From Bispira polyomma (lineage: Eukaryota), in the NCBI GenBank assembly GCA_965649765.1, contig OZ287754.1, positions 48,298,001-48,362,000 of the forward strand: a stretch of 64,000 nt of DNA, in the 5' to 3' direction. Below, piece by piece: positions 27,845 through 38,552 of this stretch. The position numbers and the translations under genes are program-made. Under the pieces are notes generated by a model. That model did no database searches and was not told the origin of the DNA. It worked only from the letters and a program-made list of their open reading frames with translations. Every line of letters begins with the position of its first letter. The first letter of the stretch is position 1.

Positions 27845-29316
27845 GAGTTGTTACAAAAATATATGGCATTTCAATACAATTAAGTAATATTTAGCCAAGA
27901 TCACTTAGACACGTGTGGTGGCAAATTTTGTGGCCTTTTACATCACATGATTACATTACAATATTCCATGTTGATAATAGCAAATTGCTTTCCACACAAA
28001 GTAGAAAGGAGACGAAGAACCAAACAACAACAAATTGATAGCTTTTGTGTTTGTTTTCTAATTAAAGCCTTAATCTCGTCCCATCAATGCTATGCTGAAA
28101 CGTGTACATGTATCCAGGGTTTAATGAACTATAGCAGATTATAAATGATTATTAATTCATTGACTACACCATGTGCAAATACTTTCATTTATTATAAGTG
28201 CACCATAAACAGGGTGGAAAAAACCCGACATTCACAACACATTAAACATTGTACCGTTGTGTAAAGTACATTAAACTAAGCGATAATACACACATAATAC
28301 CACCATCGATCTAAACTATTACTGACAAAAAAACAACTACTCCCTTTGTTTTCCTTTCACAAATGCGCCAGAGAAGAAAAAAACACACACGAGCAGTCAG
28401 AAATCAACTCCACGTCTTGTGTACGAAATAGAATACAAGTGTAAATATAGAAGTTTTTTCGGCTAAAATATCTTTTGTACAATCATTAGCGTGTATTTTG
28501 TCATTTTAAAATAATATATAAACAACCTCTTCCAACACATGTGTGCGTGTCTTGGAAGTAAGTAGCTGACTAAAGGCCTAACAACAACACGTTATATAAA
28601 ATAGAGTCAAAAGAACCACGTATATATGCCCTTATTATTTACTCACTCGTAGTGTGCTATTTTACATATTTACAAGAAGAATAAAAAGAAAGAAAAAAAA
28701 AATCCCCACAAAAACAAGTTAAACAACCACACGCCACTGCCTTAAAATACTGAATCTCTTCCATCCCCGACCATTTGTAGATTAAAAAAAAGCCAAGTTA
28801 TCAATTAACATTACATATCTTGTATATATACGTATGCGACTAAAAACTCTGTACAAGGCAATATGGCCTTCTTTTTTTTACTCATTAACAAAAAACAAAA
28901 CCTACCTTCTGTAGGTATATATAATACCACACAACACACCACAAAGGCGTTATTACTACATATATATCTACTACTGCTGTAGACTACTGTAGATTAGACT
29001 GGAGCAATAATGTATTCAATCAAGTAGCATCTCATCCCCCGCCCACGCCTTGCCTCTCTTCTTAATAATACTGCCATCACTAAGACACACACACATACAC
29101 AAAAATACTACCAACACTTAACCTTCTTGTCCTACTCATAATAATGGCAAGTCACCAATATATAAATATATTCATACCAACAACACACACAAACCACATT
29201 TTTTTCTTTGGCTAACACAAACCCTAATCACCAAAAATAATAATAAGCTTCCCTTATCGCCATGACAACCAACATATGTCTCGACCCTTCCTCTTCTCTT
29301 TCGACTGCAGACTCTG

Positions 29317-29848
29317 TTACTCAGCCGCAAATGGATGGTAAAGATACTGGTACTGCCGGGCTTTTGTCGGGCTGAGGGGATGTGCCAGGTAAGCGCCCCC
29401 TGTTGGGGAATTTACATACATGGGCGTGATCTGCGGATGAAGTTGCTGCGCCACCGAGTGCAAGGGGCCACCGCTACTCGATCCACTGGTTGCCCCGACC
29501 CCGCTATGGAGGTGCGCGGGCAGTGGGTGGCTGACGTAGGGATCCCTGGCGACAAACCTTGGGCTCTGGTGGGCCGGTGGTGGGTTAACGCCTGGAGAGT
29601 AAGCGCTGAAGCTAGACGTGGCGTTGTTTCCACCTCCTCCCAGTGGCTGCTGCTGCGTTAGGAGTGACAGACTCTGCTGATGGGCGGTGGCTGGCACAAG
29701 AAGCTGTTGTTGTTTGTGGGAATGTTGTTGTTGTTGTGTCTGCTGACCACTAGTGACCGGTGGGTGGTGGTGCTGATGAGAGTGATGATGTGGATGGTGG
29801 TTTGAGTGAGAGAAAGCAGGACTCAAGGGATTCCTCTTAGTGTACTCC
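29317..29848 (-). CDS. HIPK: HIPK terminal coding exon N (His/Gln-rich, ends ...LSPTKARQYQYLYHPFAAE*)
   Basis: TTTCCCAG acceptor phase 2. The C-terminal SPTK..QY.Y resembles the HIPK YH-domain end (SPAKVNQYPY). TAA stop at 29317. Confidence 0.92.
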
Positions 29849-29866
29849 CTGGGAAATAAATAGAAT

Positions 29867-30117
29867 TTGAATTTGGATATTTAACGTCCACTCTAGTACT
29901 TGTTTAGGTTACATTGGTACGGGTAGTTGAAAACGCTGGAGGAAACACTGCATACAAGTTGATCAAGGTTCTGCACTGAAAACCAGCAGCCCACAGTAAG
30001 GAACTACCACCTTTCCCACATAGGCATCAACGGGATTCGAACTCACGCCGCCCAGAGGTGAGAGACCAGTGATTGTGAAGCGCAGTGCTTGCTAACTACT
30101 AGGCCACCGCGGCCCCC
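29867..30117 (-). mobile_element. SINE family A inserted in the polypyrimidine tract of the last HIPK intron
   Basis: Head GGGGCCGCGGTGGCCTAGTAGTTAG, B box GTTCGAATCC, (AATTCA)n tail, TSD GGGA(A)ATAAATAGAAT. Confidence 0.92.
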
Positions 30118-30327
30118 GGGAATAAATAGAATAGGGATATAAGGGGATCAAACTAGTACTGTAGGATCTCTATTTTACGAACATCTTGGGAGAGAGACAA
30201 TTTGTTTGGATAATAGAAGGTCCCTGAAATAGAAGTCGCATTTTAGTACAAAACAAAATCAAGAAAACAAGTTTGGGAGATTGAATATTCGGATAAATGA
30301 GGCTCAGATAATGGAGGTTGTACTGTA

Positions 30328-30584
30328 TTTGAATTTGAATTGGGATATTTAACGTCCACTCTAGTACCTGTTAAGGTTATATTGGGACGGGTAGTTGGAA
30401 ACGCTGGAGGAAACACTGCATACAAGTTGATCAAGGTTCTGCACTGAAACAAGCAGCCCACAGTAAGGAACTACCACGTTTCCCACATAGGCATCGACAG
30501 GATTCGAACTCACGCCGCTTAGAGGTGAGAGACAAGTGATTCTGAAGCGCAATGCTTGCTAACTACTAGGTCACCGCAGCCCCC
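30328..30584 (-). mobile_element. SINE family A, second copy (part of a ~470-bp tandem duplication with flank and MITE)
   Basis: Same SINE followed by the same flank GGGAATAAATAGAATAGGGATA...AAACTAGTACTGTAG as the 29867 copy. Confidence 0.9.
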
Positions 30585-30626
30585 GGGAATAAATAGAATA
30601 GGGATACAAGAGGGTCAAACTAGTAC

Positions 30627-30812
30627 TGTAGAACCTCTATATTACAGACCTCTTGGGAGAGAGACAATTTGTTTGAATAATAGAAGGTCCCTAAAATAGA
30701 AGTGGCATTTTAGTACAAAACAAAATCAAGAAAATAAGTTTGGGAGATTGAAATTTAGTTTGTAAAATTGAACATTCGGATAATAGAGGCTCAGATAATT
30801 GAGGTTCTACTG
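30627..30812. mobile_element. MITE, CAGTAGAACCTC family (duplicated copy at 30159-30326)
   Basis: TACTGTAGAACCTCTATT...AATTGAGGTTCTACTGTA. Confidence 0.8.
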
Positions 30813-30974
30813 TAGTTATATTAGTATTTGAGTATTGTTTCACAATTACGATACTCAGGCTGAACCATACCAAGGCCCCAAAGTTTGCCATTATTTAAAA
30901 GTGGTACAAATAGCCCAGCTACTGCCTATTTTTATAGTAAAACTAGATATTATACCATCTTGGTGTAGGTCATC

Positions 30975-31328
30975 ACAAACGGGACATATTTCTGCACAGG
31001 CTATCACAAACGGGACATATTACTGCACAGGCTATCGCAAACGGGACATATTATTGCATAGGCTATCAGAAATGGGACATATTTCTGCACAGGCTATCAG
31101 AAATGGGACATATTACTGCACAGGCTACCAGAAATGGGACATATTTCTGCATAGGCTATCAGAAATGGGACATATTTCTGCACAGGCTATCAGAAATGGG
31201 ACATATTACTGCATAGGCCATCAGAAATGGGACATATTACTGCATAGGCTATCAGAAATGGGACATATTACTACATAGGCTATCAGAAATGGGACATATT
31301 TCTACACAGGCTATCAGAAATGGGACAT
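30975..31328. repeat. 31-bp minisatellite (~11 copies) in the last HIPK intron
   Basis: Unit GGGACATATTACTGCACAGGCTATCAGAAAT. Confidence 0.95.
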
Positions 31329-31662
31329 GTTTCGGTGGTAAAAAATGTACATATGTGTATATATGTGTTAATATTTCTGTTGACAATTCTCAATATAGAA
31401 ATCTGATTGGATATCTGAATTCACCTCAAAATATTAAAATTAATATTACAAGTATAGGATATTTCCACATATAAAGGACTTTCACTGGGCCTTGATTCGA
31501 GTCAACTATGACTTTCAACTTCAGTGTATATATTTAACAATTCTGGCCAAGGGTTTGGTAATTCACAAAGATTGGTACTCTTTTAAAATTTCTCTTATTC
31601 AATTTGATTGGCTGGGCTAAATGTCTGAACTAATCTGATTAGCAGTGGACAAAGAAAGTTAC

Positions 31663-31895
31663 CTCTGTAATTCAGACGGTGGGAAGAGTGTCTGGCTGGC
31701 ATGTCCCAGGTGTTCTATCGGTGACTGCCGGCTGTTGTCATGACGACCATGGTGGTGCTGGTGGTGATGCTGCTGGCCATGTGACGTGGCAACAAGAAGC
31801 TCCGCCTTGTGTTGTTGCTGTTGTCGGTAACTACTGGTGACTGCTGAGGAGGCTGTAGAAAATTGGTGCCTATACATCATTTCTGACGAGCCACT
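31663..31895 (-). CDS. HIPK: HIPK exon M (SGSSEMMYRHQ...RQSPIEHL...PSELQR)
   Basis: TTTTACAG acceptor phase 0, AG|GTAACT donor phase 2. His/Gln-rich. Confidence 0.88.
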
Positions 31896-32935
31896 CTGTA
31901 AAAGCAAATGAATTAGGTTTTTCACGTCCTTTTCAGCTGCTACAATCATATCACAACACCCAGAATTCAACAATAATTCTGCTGTGCGAACAAAAATCAC
32001 AGAAATGTTTCTGTACTGACTGTTTTTTCGTTGTTGACCACAATGTAATACGGTCTGCAGGAAATGACATTATTAGTTTACAGAAAATCTGTGTCAGGAT
32101 CGAAAGTCAGTATAAAGTTTTTACATTTTGGTTGTCTTTGAAAAGTCTTGCTCTGTGAAAGCAAAAGAAAACAATGTAATCTAATCTGTTCTTTGCTGGG
32201 CACTGGTATTGCCCTCAAAATGTGAAACTCTAAGCAATTTTAATCATTTCCGTTATTCAGAATCCTAGTCAATAGACAAAGAGCCAGAGTAGGTAGGTTT
32301 TAACTAAATGTCTGATTGAACAGAAAGAATTGGGAGTCTAAAATGGATGATTTGGGTCTGATATCTGAAGGAAGGGAATTCAAGTTTTGTTGTTGAGTGG
32401 ATTTGTTGTACTGGTCTAGTTTATAACAGAAACTCTTTGTCCGGATTAGAAGCTAGCCAAATTTTTCTTTTTAGAATCGCTAAATAGACTAGATTCCCTG
32501 TGAAGTCAATACAGTAGAACCTCTGTTATCGTAACATGTTTGGTGAGAAAGATTTTGTTCGGATAATGGAAGGTTCATAAAATAGAAGAGGCTGGTACAA
32601 CCAGATTCGTATTAATTTAATAAATGCTATGCATGAAATAGGAACTGCCCAGTTATCAGTACATTTACTTTTACATGGCAGTCCTAACCTAAGTCTATAG
32701 AGAAAAATAAAAAAAGTTTTTAATGCAGTCTACACATTTATTAAACAATCATAATGATTTTTTGTTATAAATTGATACCAGCAACCTGATCTGTGCTTTT
32801 TCCTATCTCATTCGTTTATTACTTATCTGTATATATTTCCTTTTGCATAAAGAACTTTGTATAACCGTATTTTTTCCTACGATTGTTGTCCAGTTGTTAA
32901 TCAAATATGTTTAAATAAATAACCTGCTTCATTAC

Positions 32936-33462
32936 CTGCTTTGTCTTGTGTAACTGATGAACCGACGACAACATCTGCATGCCGTGAGAGGATGGTGATA
33001 TGTGATTCCCACCATTGCTGAAGTCGCCGTGTGTTTCCACATGGAGCGGTGGTAACTGGATGCTTGGTCTTGGTGGCGTCATACTCGCCAAGTAGGCCCC
33101 AGTACTCTGGATGTTATGACTACCATCCATGGCCTCGTGTTGCTGCGTCGCTCGCACAAGCTCATGTCCCACATCCATGGCGAAGCCCGAATGTCGCTTA
33201 CTGACCGGCAGTCCGAGAACGTCGCTTAGCAAATCTGGCGGTCCTGTCAGGTTTGGACCTGACTGAATCGGAGGAGGATGGCTCTCCAGCTGCTGTCTGG
33301 ATACTGTGATCGGTGCCGAGCAATGGCTTTGAGTCATCCCGGGTTCGTCCTTAATCGGAGTAAAACCAGGCTTTGAAGGGCGAAACAAATCACTGTCATC
33401 ATCTGAATTGTCATCCTGAACAGTTACACAGCTCACCACATCTTTACGCACAGGCAGGTTGC
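32936..33462 (-). CDS. HIPK: HIPK exon L (RKDVVSCVTVQDD...HKTKQ)
   Basis: VVSCVTVQD matches HIPK NVISCVTVHD. Phase 1 acceptor, CAG|GTAATG donor, with an alternative in-frame donor at 32924. Confidence 0.9.
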
Positions 33463-33876
33463 CTGTTTTCAGTGCAAGAATAACAAAAGAAACACACTCA
33501 GATCATTTTATATTTTGGTATTTGCAGGGGAGGACATTAACGGTTTTACATACTGTAGTAAATCTGGTCTGCAATCTTAATATTGGAACAGTAAGCCAAA
33601 ATTTTAACCCTTCCAACTCAAACATATAGCAACCCGACCTAAGAAAAGTTAAGTTGCTGTCCTGACCTTCAAAACTACACCTATAGGCATAAACATGAAA
33701 CTTGTGACATTGTGAGTAAAGTTTTATTGACATATATATATACATGTAATACAAATATTAAAGTGAAAAGGATTGACCAGTGTCCGACTTATTCATCAAA
33801 TATTTATTTAATGTATATGACCGTGCTTTAATTTGCGTGACTTTATAATAACATGTGACTAATGATTGACAAGATA

Positions 33877-34345
33877 GCTAGTTACCTGGTTTTTGGTGCC
33901 TCAGGTAACAACTAACTGAAGGGCTGGTTACCTGGGTTTTGGTGACTCAGGTAACAGCTAACTGAAAGGCTGGTTACCTGGGTTTTGGTGCCTCAGGTAA
34001 CAGCTAACTGAAAGGCTGGTTACCTGTGTTTTGGGTGCCTCAGGTAACAGCTAACTGAAGGGCTGGTTACCTGTGTTTTGGGTGCCTCAGGTTACAACTG
34101 ACTAAAGGGCTACTTACCTGGGTTTTGGGTGCCTCAGGTAACAACTGACTAAAGAGCTAGTTAGCTGGTCTTTGGTGCCTCAGGTGACTACTAACTGAAG
34201 GGCTGGTTACCTGGGTTTTGGGTGCCTCAGTTAACAGAATGACTGAAAGGCTAGTTACCTGGTGTTTAATGCCCCAGGTGATATAATGACTGAGTGGCTA
34301 CTTACCTTGTTTTTGGTGCCTCCGGTGACTATTCACTGCAGGGCT
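33877..34345 (-). repeat. 46-47-bp tandem array (9 copies plus the real junction) derived from the exon K 3' end and donor
   Basis: Unit GCTGGTTACCTGGGTTTTGGTGCCTCAGGTAACAGCTAACTGAAGG aligns to the junction GCTACTTACCTTGTTTTTGGTGCCTCCGGTGACTATTCACTGCAGG. Confidence 0.93.
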
Positions 34346-34430
34346 GGCCGTGACACTGTTTGTACCGCTGTGTAAAGTACAAGCCTGCTTTATGTGGTTA
34401 TTGTGACAGGCTGAACAGTCTGGGTGACAG
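34306..34430 (-). CDS. HIPK: HIPK exon K (CHPDCSACHNNHIKQAC...SHRRHQKQ)
   Basis: TTTACAG acceptor phase 2 and CAAG|GTAAGT donor phase 1. Bridges the phases of exons J and L. Confidence 0.85.
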
Positions 34431-34471
34431 CTGTAAATATATACACAGCTATTAGAGTTGGGTGTCAAAGT

Positions 34472-34659
34472 TTTTGAATTTGAATTTGGATATTTAACGT
34501 CCACTCTAGTACCTTTTAGTAGGCTATACTGGGACGGGTAGTTGGAAACGCTGGAGGAAACACTGCATACAGTCGGTCAAAGTTCTCACGCCGCCCAGAG
34601 GTGAGAGACCAGTGATTGTGAAGCGCAATGCTTGCTAACCACTAGGCCACTGCGGCCCC
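34472..34659 (-). mobile_element. SINE family A with internal deletion
   Basis: TSD TTGGGTGTCAAAGT (34458-34471 / 34660-34673). Central core missing. Confidence 0.9.
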
Positions 34660-35021
34660 TTGGGTGTCAAAGTATGACATTTGAATTGATTAGTGCCAAC
34701 TGAAACTTGATCCAATAGACAATGCGTCAAAAATTTCATTTTTAACGTAACAAAGTGCTGATACCCAACTGAAGTTATTGCCTTGCACTACAAGTCTAGT
34801 CACATTAAAACCTCCCCCCAAAAAAACAATCATTGCTGCCTTTTCCCAACGGTTGGGAGTATGTTATTTGCAGGCCTTATTTACATTAAAAATTGTAAAC
34901 CTTTGTTAATCCATATTCCGCAATCAGGACTCTCTTAAGTAGTGTCAACATGTAAAGCATAACCTAAAACAAGAACTGAATCCTGCAATGAAATATGTAG
35001 GCAGTGCAAAAGATTTCCCGA

Positions 35022-35152
35022 CTTTTTAATCTAGTCCTGCAGACCTTCAAAATGTTTTAACATCTAGCCCGCAGACCGTTGAAATGTTTTTAAATCAAGC
35101 CTGTAGACATTTAGATTGGTTTTAAATCTAACCCTGTGGACCTTCAAAATAT
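35022..35152. repeat. Degenerate ~33-bp tandem repeat (4 copies)
   Basis: TTTTAATCTAGTCCTGCAGACCTTCAAAATG-like units. Confidence 0.7.
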
Positions 35153-35360
35153 TTACCCTGTTTACCTACTTCCCTGATTTCATATTTACTCACAATACAT
35201 TTTAAGGCTCTAAAACCAACAATTAACTATGGTATATGTCTTAAACAATACCTATGTCAGTCCATATTTTTTTTAGCTTGCAAAGGCGTTCTAATATGAT
35301 TGTCTTGGACTTACACAATTGGTCCTAGATATTTCAATGCTAGGTTAATATGCTTAGAAT

Positions 35361-35616
35361 TTGAATTGGGATATTTATCGTCCACTCTAGTACCTGTTAA
35401 GGTTATATTGGGACGGGTAGTTGGAAACGCTGGAGGAAACATTGCATACAGTTGATCAAGGTTCTGCACTGAAACCAGCGGCCCACAGCAAGGAACTACA
35501 ACCTTTTCCACATTGGCATTGACAGGAGTTGAACCAACGCCAGCCGATCCCAGAGGTGAGAGACCAGTGATTGTGAAACGCAATGCTTGCTAACCACTAG
35601 ACCACTGCGGCCCCTG
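35361..35616 (-). mobile_element. SINE family A
   Basis: TSD TAATATGCTTAGAA on both sides. Full head, core and tail. Confidence 0.9.
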
Positions 35617-35738
35617 TAATATGCTTAGAAGTATGCCAGGCTGTAACAGCCTTCTGGTATATTCTTTTCCTATTTTTTAAAGAGAACATTTATGAGTGCC
35701 TTAATGGATGTCACAGTGAAAGCAATCACGTCCCAATA

Positions 35739-35927
35739 CAGTAGATCATCTATTATCCGACCATATTGGGTGGAGCATGATTTGGTACGGATAATAGCGA
35801 AGGTTCATAAAATAGAAGAGGCATTTCAGTAATAAACAATAGGGAAAAAAAATTTGGTAGAGTGAAAAGGAGTTCATAAAATTGAATATTTGGACATAAC
35901 AGAAGTTTGATAATGGAGTTTCTACTG
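35739..35927. mobile_element. MITE, CAGTAGAACCTC family
   Basis: TACAGTAGATCATCTATTATCCGA...GATAATGGAGTTTCTACTG. Confidence 0.7.
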
Positions 35928-36035
35928 AATATGGAAACACCAGGACTTGAATATTAGTCAAAAGTCAAGTCAAACTTATTTTCTTTTAGTTCAGTGATCA
36001 AAATCTCGAGACTTAAATATGTTGATACAGACTTC

Positions 36036-36125
36036 CACCTGTAAGCATGCTTTATTTGATCTCTGGATGACATACTCTTACACCTGTAAGCATGCTTTAT
36101 TTGATCCCTTGATGACATACTCTTA
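36036..36125. repeat. 45-bp tandem duplication
   Basis: CACCTGTAAGCATGCTTTATTTGATC(T/C)CT(G/T)GATGACATACTCTTA x2. Confidence 0.9.
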
Positions 36126-36429
36126 CTGGTACACACAACAACTTCCTCTTGGGCTTACAACTTACAACATTAATTTTAACAACTTAACTATCTTATCTAC
36201 ATGTAGTTTACCTCTATTTCTATTGTAATCTTAATATATCACTGCTTTTTCCAGATTCTAAAGTGATAAAACTCTATTTATTATAAATCATAACACAGAT
36301 TGAAAAGATGAAAAGGTTTTAAATTTTAAACAGTTGAAAATACACTTTTCCATGACTTAATAAATTCTGTGTGTGTAGGTTTATAGTCTGACATCACCTC
36401 TATTAAGGTCTCAACCGACAATTTACTAA

Positions 36430-36692
36430 ATTAATTGACTCAATTTACACCCCTGGTCTGGGTTCTTCCACTTGTCAACCAATTGTTCAATCTCAGCTCC
36501 CTCAGGAAGCATACTAGCCACGCTGACACATACAGTACACAAAGACTAACACCCATTAGCGGCCAGGTATATATTTATACACCTGGGTAGAGAGGGACAA
36601 TTATGTGTAAAGTACCTTGTTTAAGGATACCATCACCATATAGAAACCTGGACCACCAGATCCAAAATCAGACACTCTAACCACTAGGCTAC
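36430..36692 (-). mobile_element. Old CORE-like SINE remnant
   Basis: ACACCTGGGTAGAGAGGG...AAAGTACCTTGTTTAAGGATAC...CACTCTAACCACTAGGC. Confidence 0.5.
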
Positions 36693-37045
36693 GTTTATTA
36701 CAAGTAATACTAATGTTTTTCATGCTTATTGGTTTATTATAAGTAATACGCTTATTGGTTTATTATAAGTAGTCTCTCGTAAAATATTGGCTGCCCCTTA
36801 CATCTTTGGTGAATGCCTGGTGATGGGTAATGTGTGTAAAACTATGAAAAATGCTTTAAATCCTTTAAAAATTGCTTGAAATTAAGTTTGGTTTTGTTCA
36901 AATGTTTTGTCTAGACTGCCTGATAAAAAGAGTTTTGGTTATGAAATTTGGAATTTCACACACTTTAGCCATCATTAGTGTCTAGGTTGATTATAATTTA
37001 TACAGTTATACAGGTTATTGCTTATTATAAGTAGTCTTTACTTAC

Positions 37046-37357
37046 ATCTTTGGTGAATGCCTGGGTTCGTCGTCGCTGTCTGAGCTGATCGTTATCACAC
37101 TGACTGCAGGACTAGGAGAATCTCCAATCACTATCGTCTGTCTCTGTTCCTTAAACCCCCCACCACCACCGCCCTGTTGTCGTGGCGACACCTCAAGCCG
37201 CTGGTTGTGATGGTTACCATGACCACCTCTAGTCTTCTGTTGACCGCCGGTTGTTGACCAACTGCCAGAAATTGAGCTGTGATCTGGTGGGGTGTTCTCT
37301 TTCACTCGTTTCTTTACAGGTGACAGGTGACTCGCTGGGGGAACCTCTTTCTGATAT
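37046..37357 (-). CDS. HIPK: HIPK exon J (SPVKKRVKENTPP NLS-like motif; SPAVSVITISSDSDDE SUMO-interacting motif)
   Basis: Conserved HIPK KRVKENTPP and TIVI.DSPSPAVSVITISSD motifs. Phase 2/2, AT|GTAAGT donor. Confidence 0.95.
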
Positions 37358-37419
37358 CTGAGAAGCACACAATAAGCATCAATGTGTAATACAGGATTCA
37401 TTGTATTTTTAACGAGTTA

Positions 37420-37865
37420 ATAGTTGGTGGACAATTAGACGATCAGTTGATTATTTGTCGGTGGCACTGCTTGATCGTGGAAGATCAGTCTTAATTTTAT
37501 AAATTTGATAATTCACAAAATACTTTTCCTAACTTCAACCAATAAGATTTTTTGACGTTTTAATGTTATTATATATAGTATTTGTGTCAAATAAAGCAAA
37601 TTTTTGTCACTTTTACATTTGTTTTAATTTTAGGCCATGTTTACCGGAGGTCATATAGGTTAGGGGCTGATACTAAATACTCGAACGTTTAAATTTAACC
37701 AAATTCTTACTAGATCACAATATTTTTGGCCTGCGATCTAAGGATGGTTAACTTAATACTTCAAACAATATAAGTATGTGAATAATCGATTACAGATCGA
37801 TCATCAGTCGGCAAATGAAGCGCTTAACCGACCTGGAAAATAAGGCCAATATCCCAGCCTTACTA
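37420..37865. mobile_element. Non-autonomous DNA transposon (hAT-like TAG...CTA ends); inverted relatives at 51890-52300 and 63395-63815
   Basis: Shared internal blocks (e.g. GGCCATGTTTACCGGA, AATAATCGATTACAGATCG) appear in reverse-complement orientation in the other two copies. Confidence 0.75.
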
Positions 37866-38281
37866 GTTCACAGTGTATATTGTAAGCAATGCTGAAGTTA
37901 AAGTATAAACTACTTGTATATGCTATAACATTACCCAATAAGAAAACACATATTGAAAATAGGAAAATCTTACAACCAACTGTCCTCAATCTGAAAATAT
38001 TATGTCCTCAATCTAAACATAGACATACAAAGCCATTACGTCAGGTTTTCCATGCCAAGTGCTCATACCACAGAAATTGTAAAAGTGAAGACTCCTATTT
38101 AAAACAACTATTCAATTTCTATGGAAAGGGAGAAAAAAATGTATAACAAACTTAATTTGAAGCATCTATCATTCATTTTAACTTTCTGTTTTATAATCTG
38201 TTTCCTCCCTCTTTTCAAAAATTACCAGAATAGTTTTCTGGATTTTAACACTTGTGTTTCACAATATGGCCAGATACTTAC

Positions 38282-38529
38282 TTTTGTTTATAGTTGCTAT
38301 GCCTACGGCTGCTACTCCCACTTCCACCAGTAGCACCACCACTTGTGTGGCCATGTGAGGAGGATGCAGTTGTCCCAGTATTGCCATGGTTACCGGAATG
38401 TCTCGTCAAGACAACCTTTGGGTTTGTGGCAGTATTCCACACAGTGTGACTTGCTGAAGAAGTAGGAAGTCCTGAATTTTGGTTGTTACGGTTGTGTCTC
38501 TCGACGAGTCTTTCGTATTCACGTACTTC
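38282..38529 (-). CDS. HIPK: HIPK exon I (EVREYERLVERHNRNNQNSG...SSRRHSNYKQ)
   Basis: Hand-translated open frame. TTTACAG acceptor phase 0, AA|GTAAGT donor phase 2. Confidence 0.85.
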
Positions 38530-38552
38530 CTGTAAATGTATATAATTTGTAA

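Larger units (their letters stand above)
10870..29316 (-). other. Putative very long HIPK 3' UTR
   Basis: No convincing coding ORFs. Minus strand is U/UG-rich with at least 10 Pumilio-type UGUAHAUA motifs. Minus-strand AATAAA at 10892-10897 is followed by a GU-rich tract. Confidence 0.45.

Noticed and set aside
29335-29661. Plus-strand ORFs overlapping HIPK exons (also 43440-43781, 44822-45010, 52323-52625)
   Set aside because: Antisense shadows of GC-rich coding exons.
29867-30117. tRNA gene suggested by A and B boxes
   Set aside because: It is the head of a multi-copy SINE with tail and TSDs. No full cloverleaf.
30835-31474. 147-aa ORF over the 31-bp repeat, and a faint antisense likeness of the unit to the exon M start
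   Set aside because: The ORF is repeat-derived. The similarity is only ~9 nt (CATTTCTGA), so it is not counted as a junction echo.
33877-34300. CRISPR-like appearance of regularly spaced palindromic repeats
   Set aside because: No unique spacers, eukaryotic intron, no cas genes. The unit derives from the adjacent exon.
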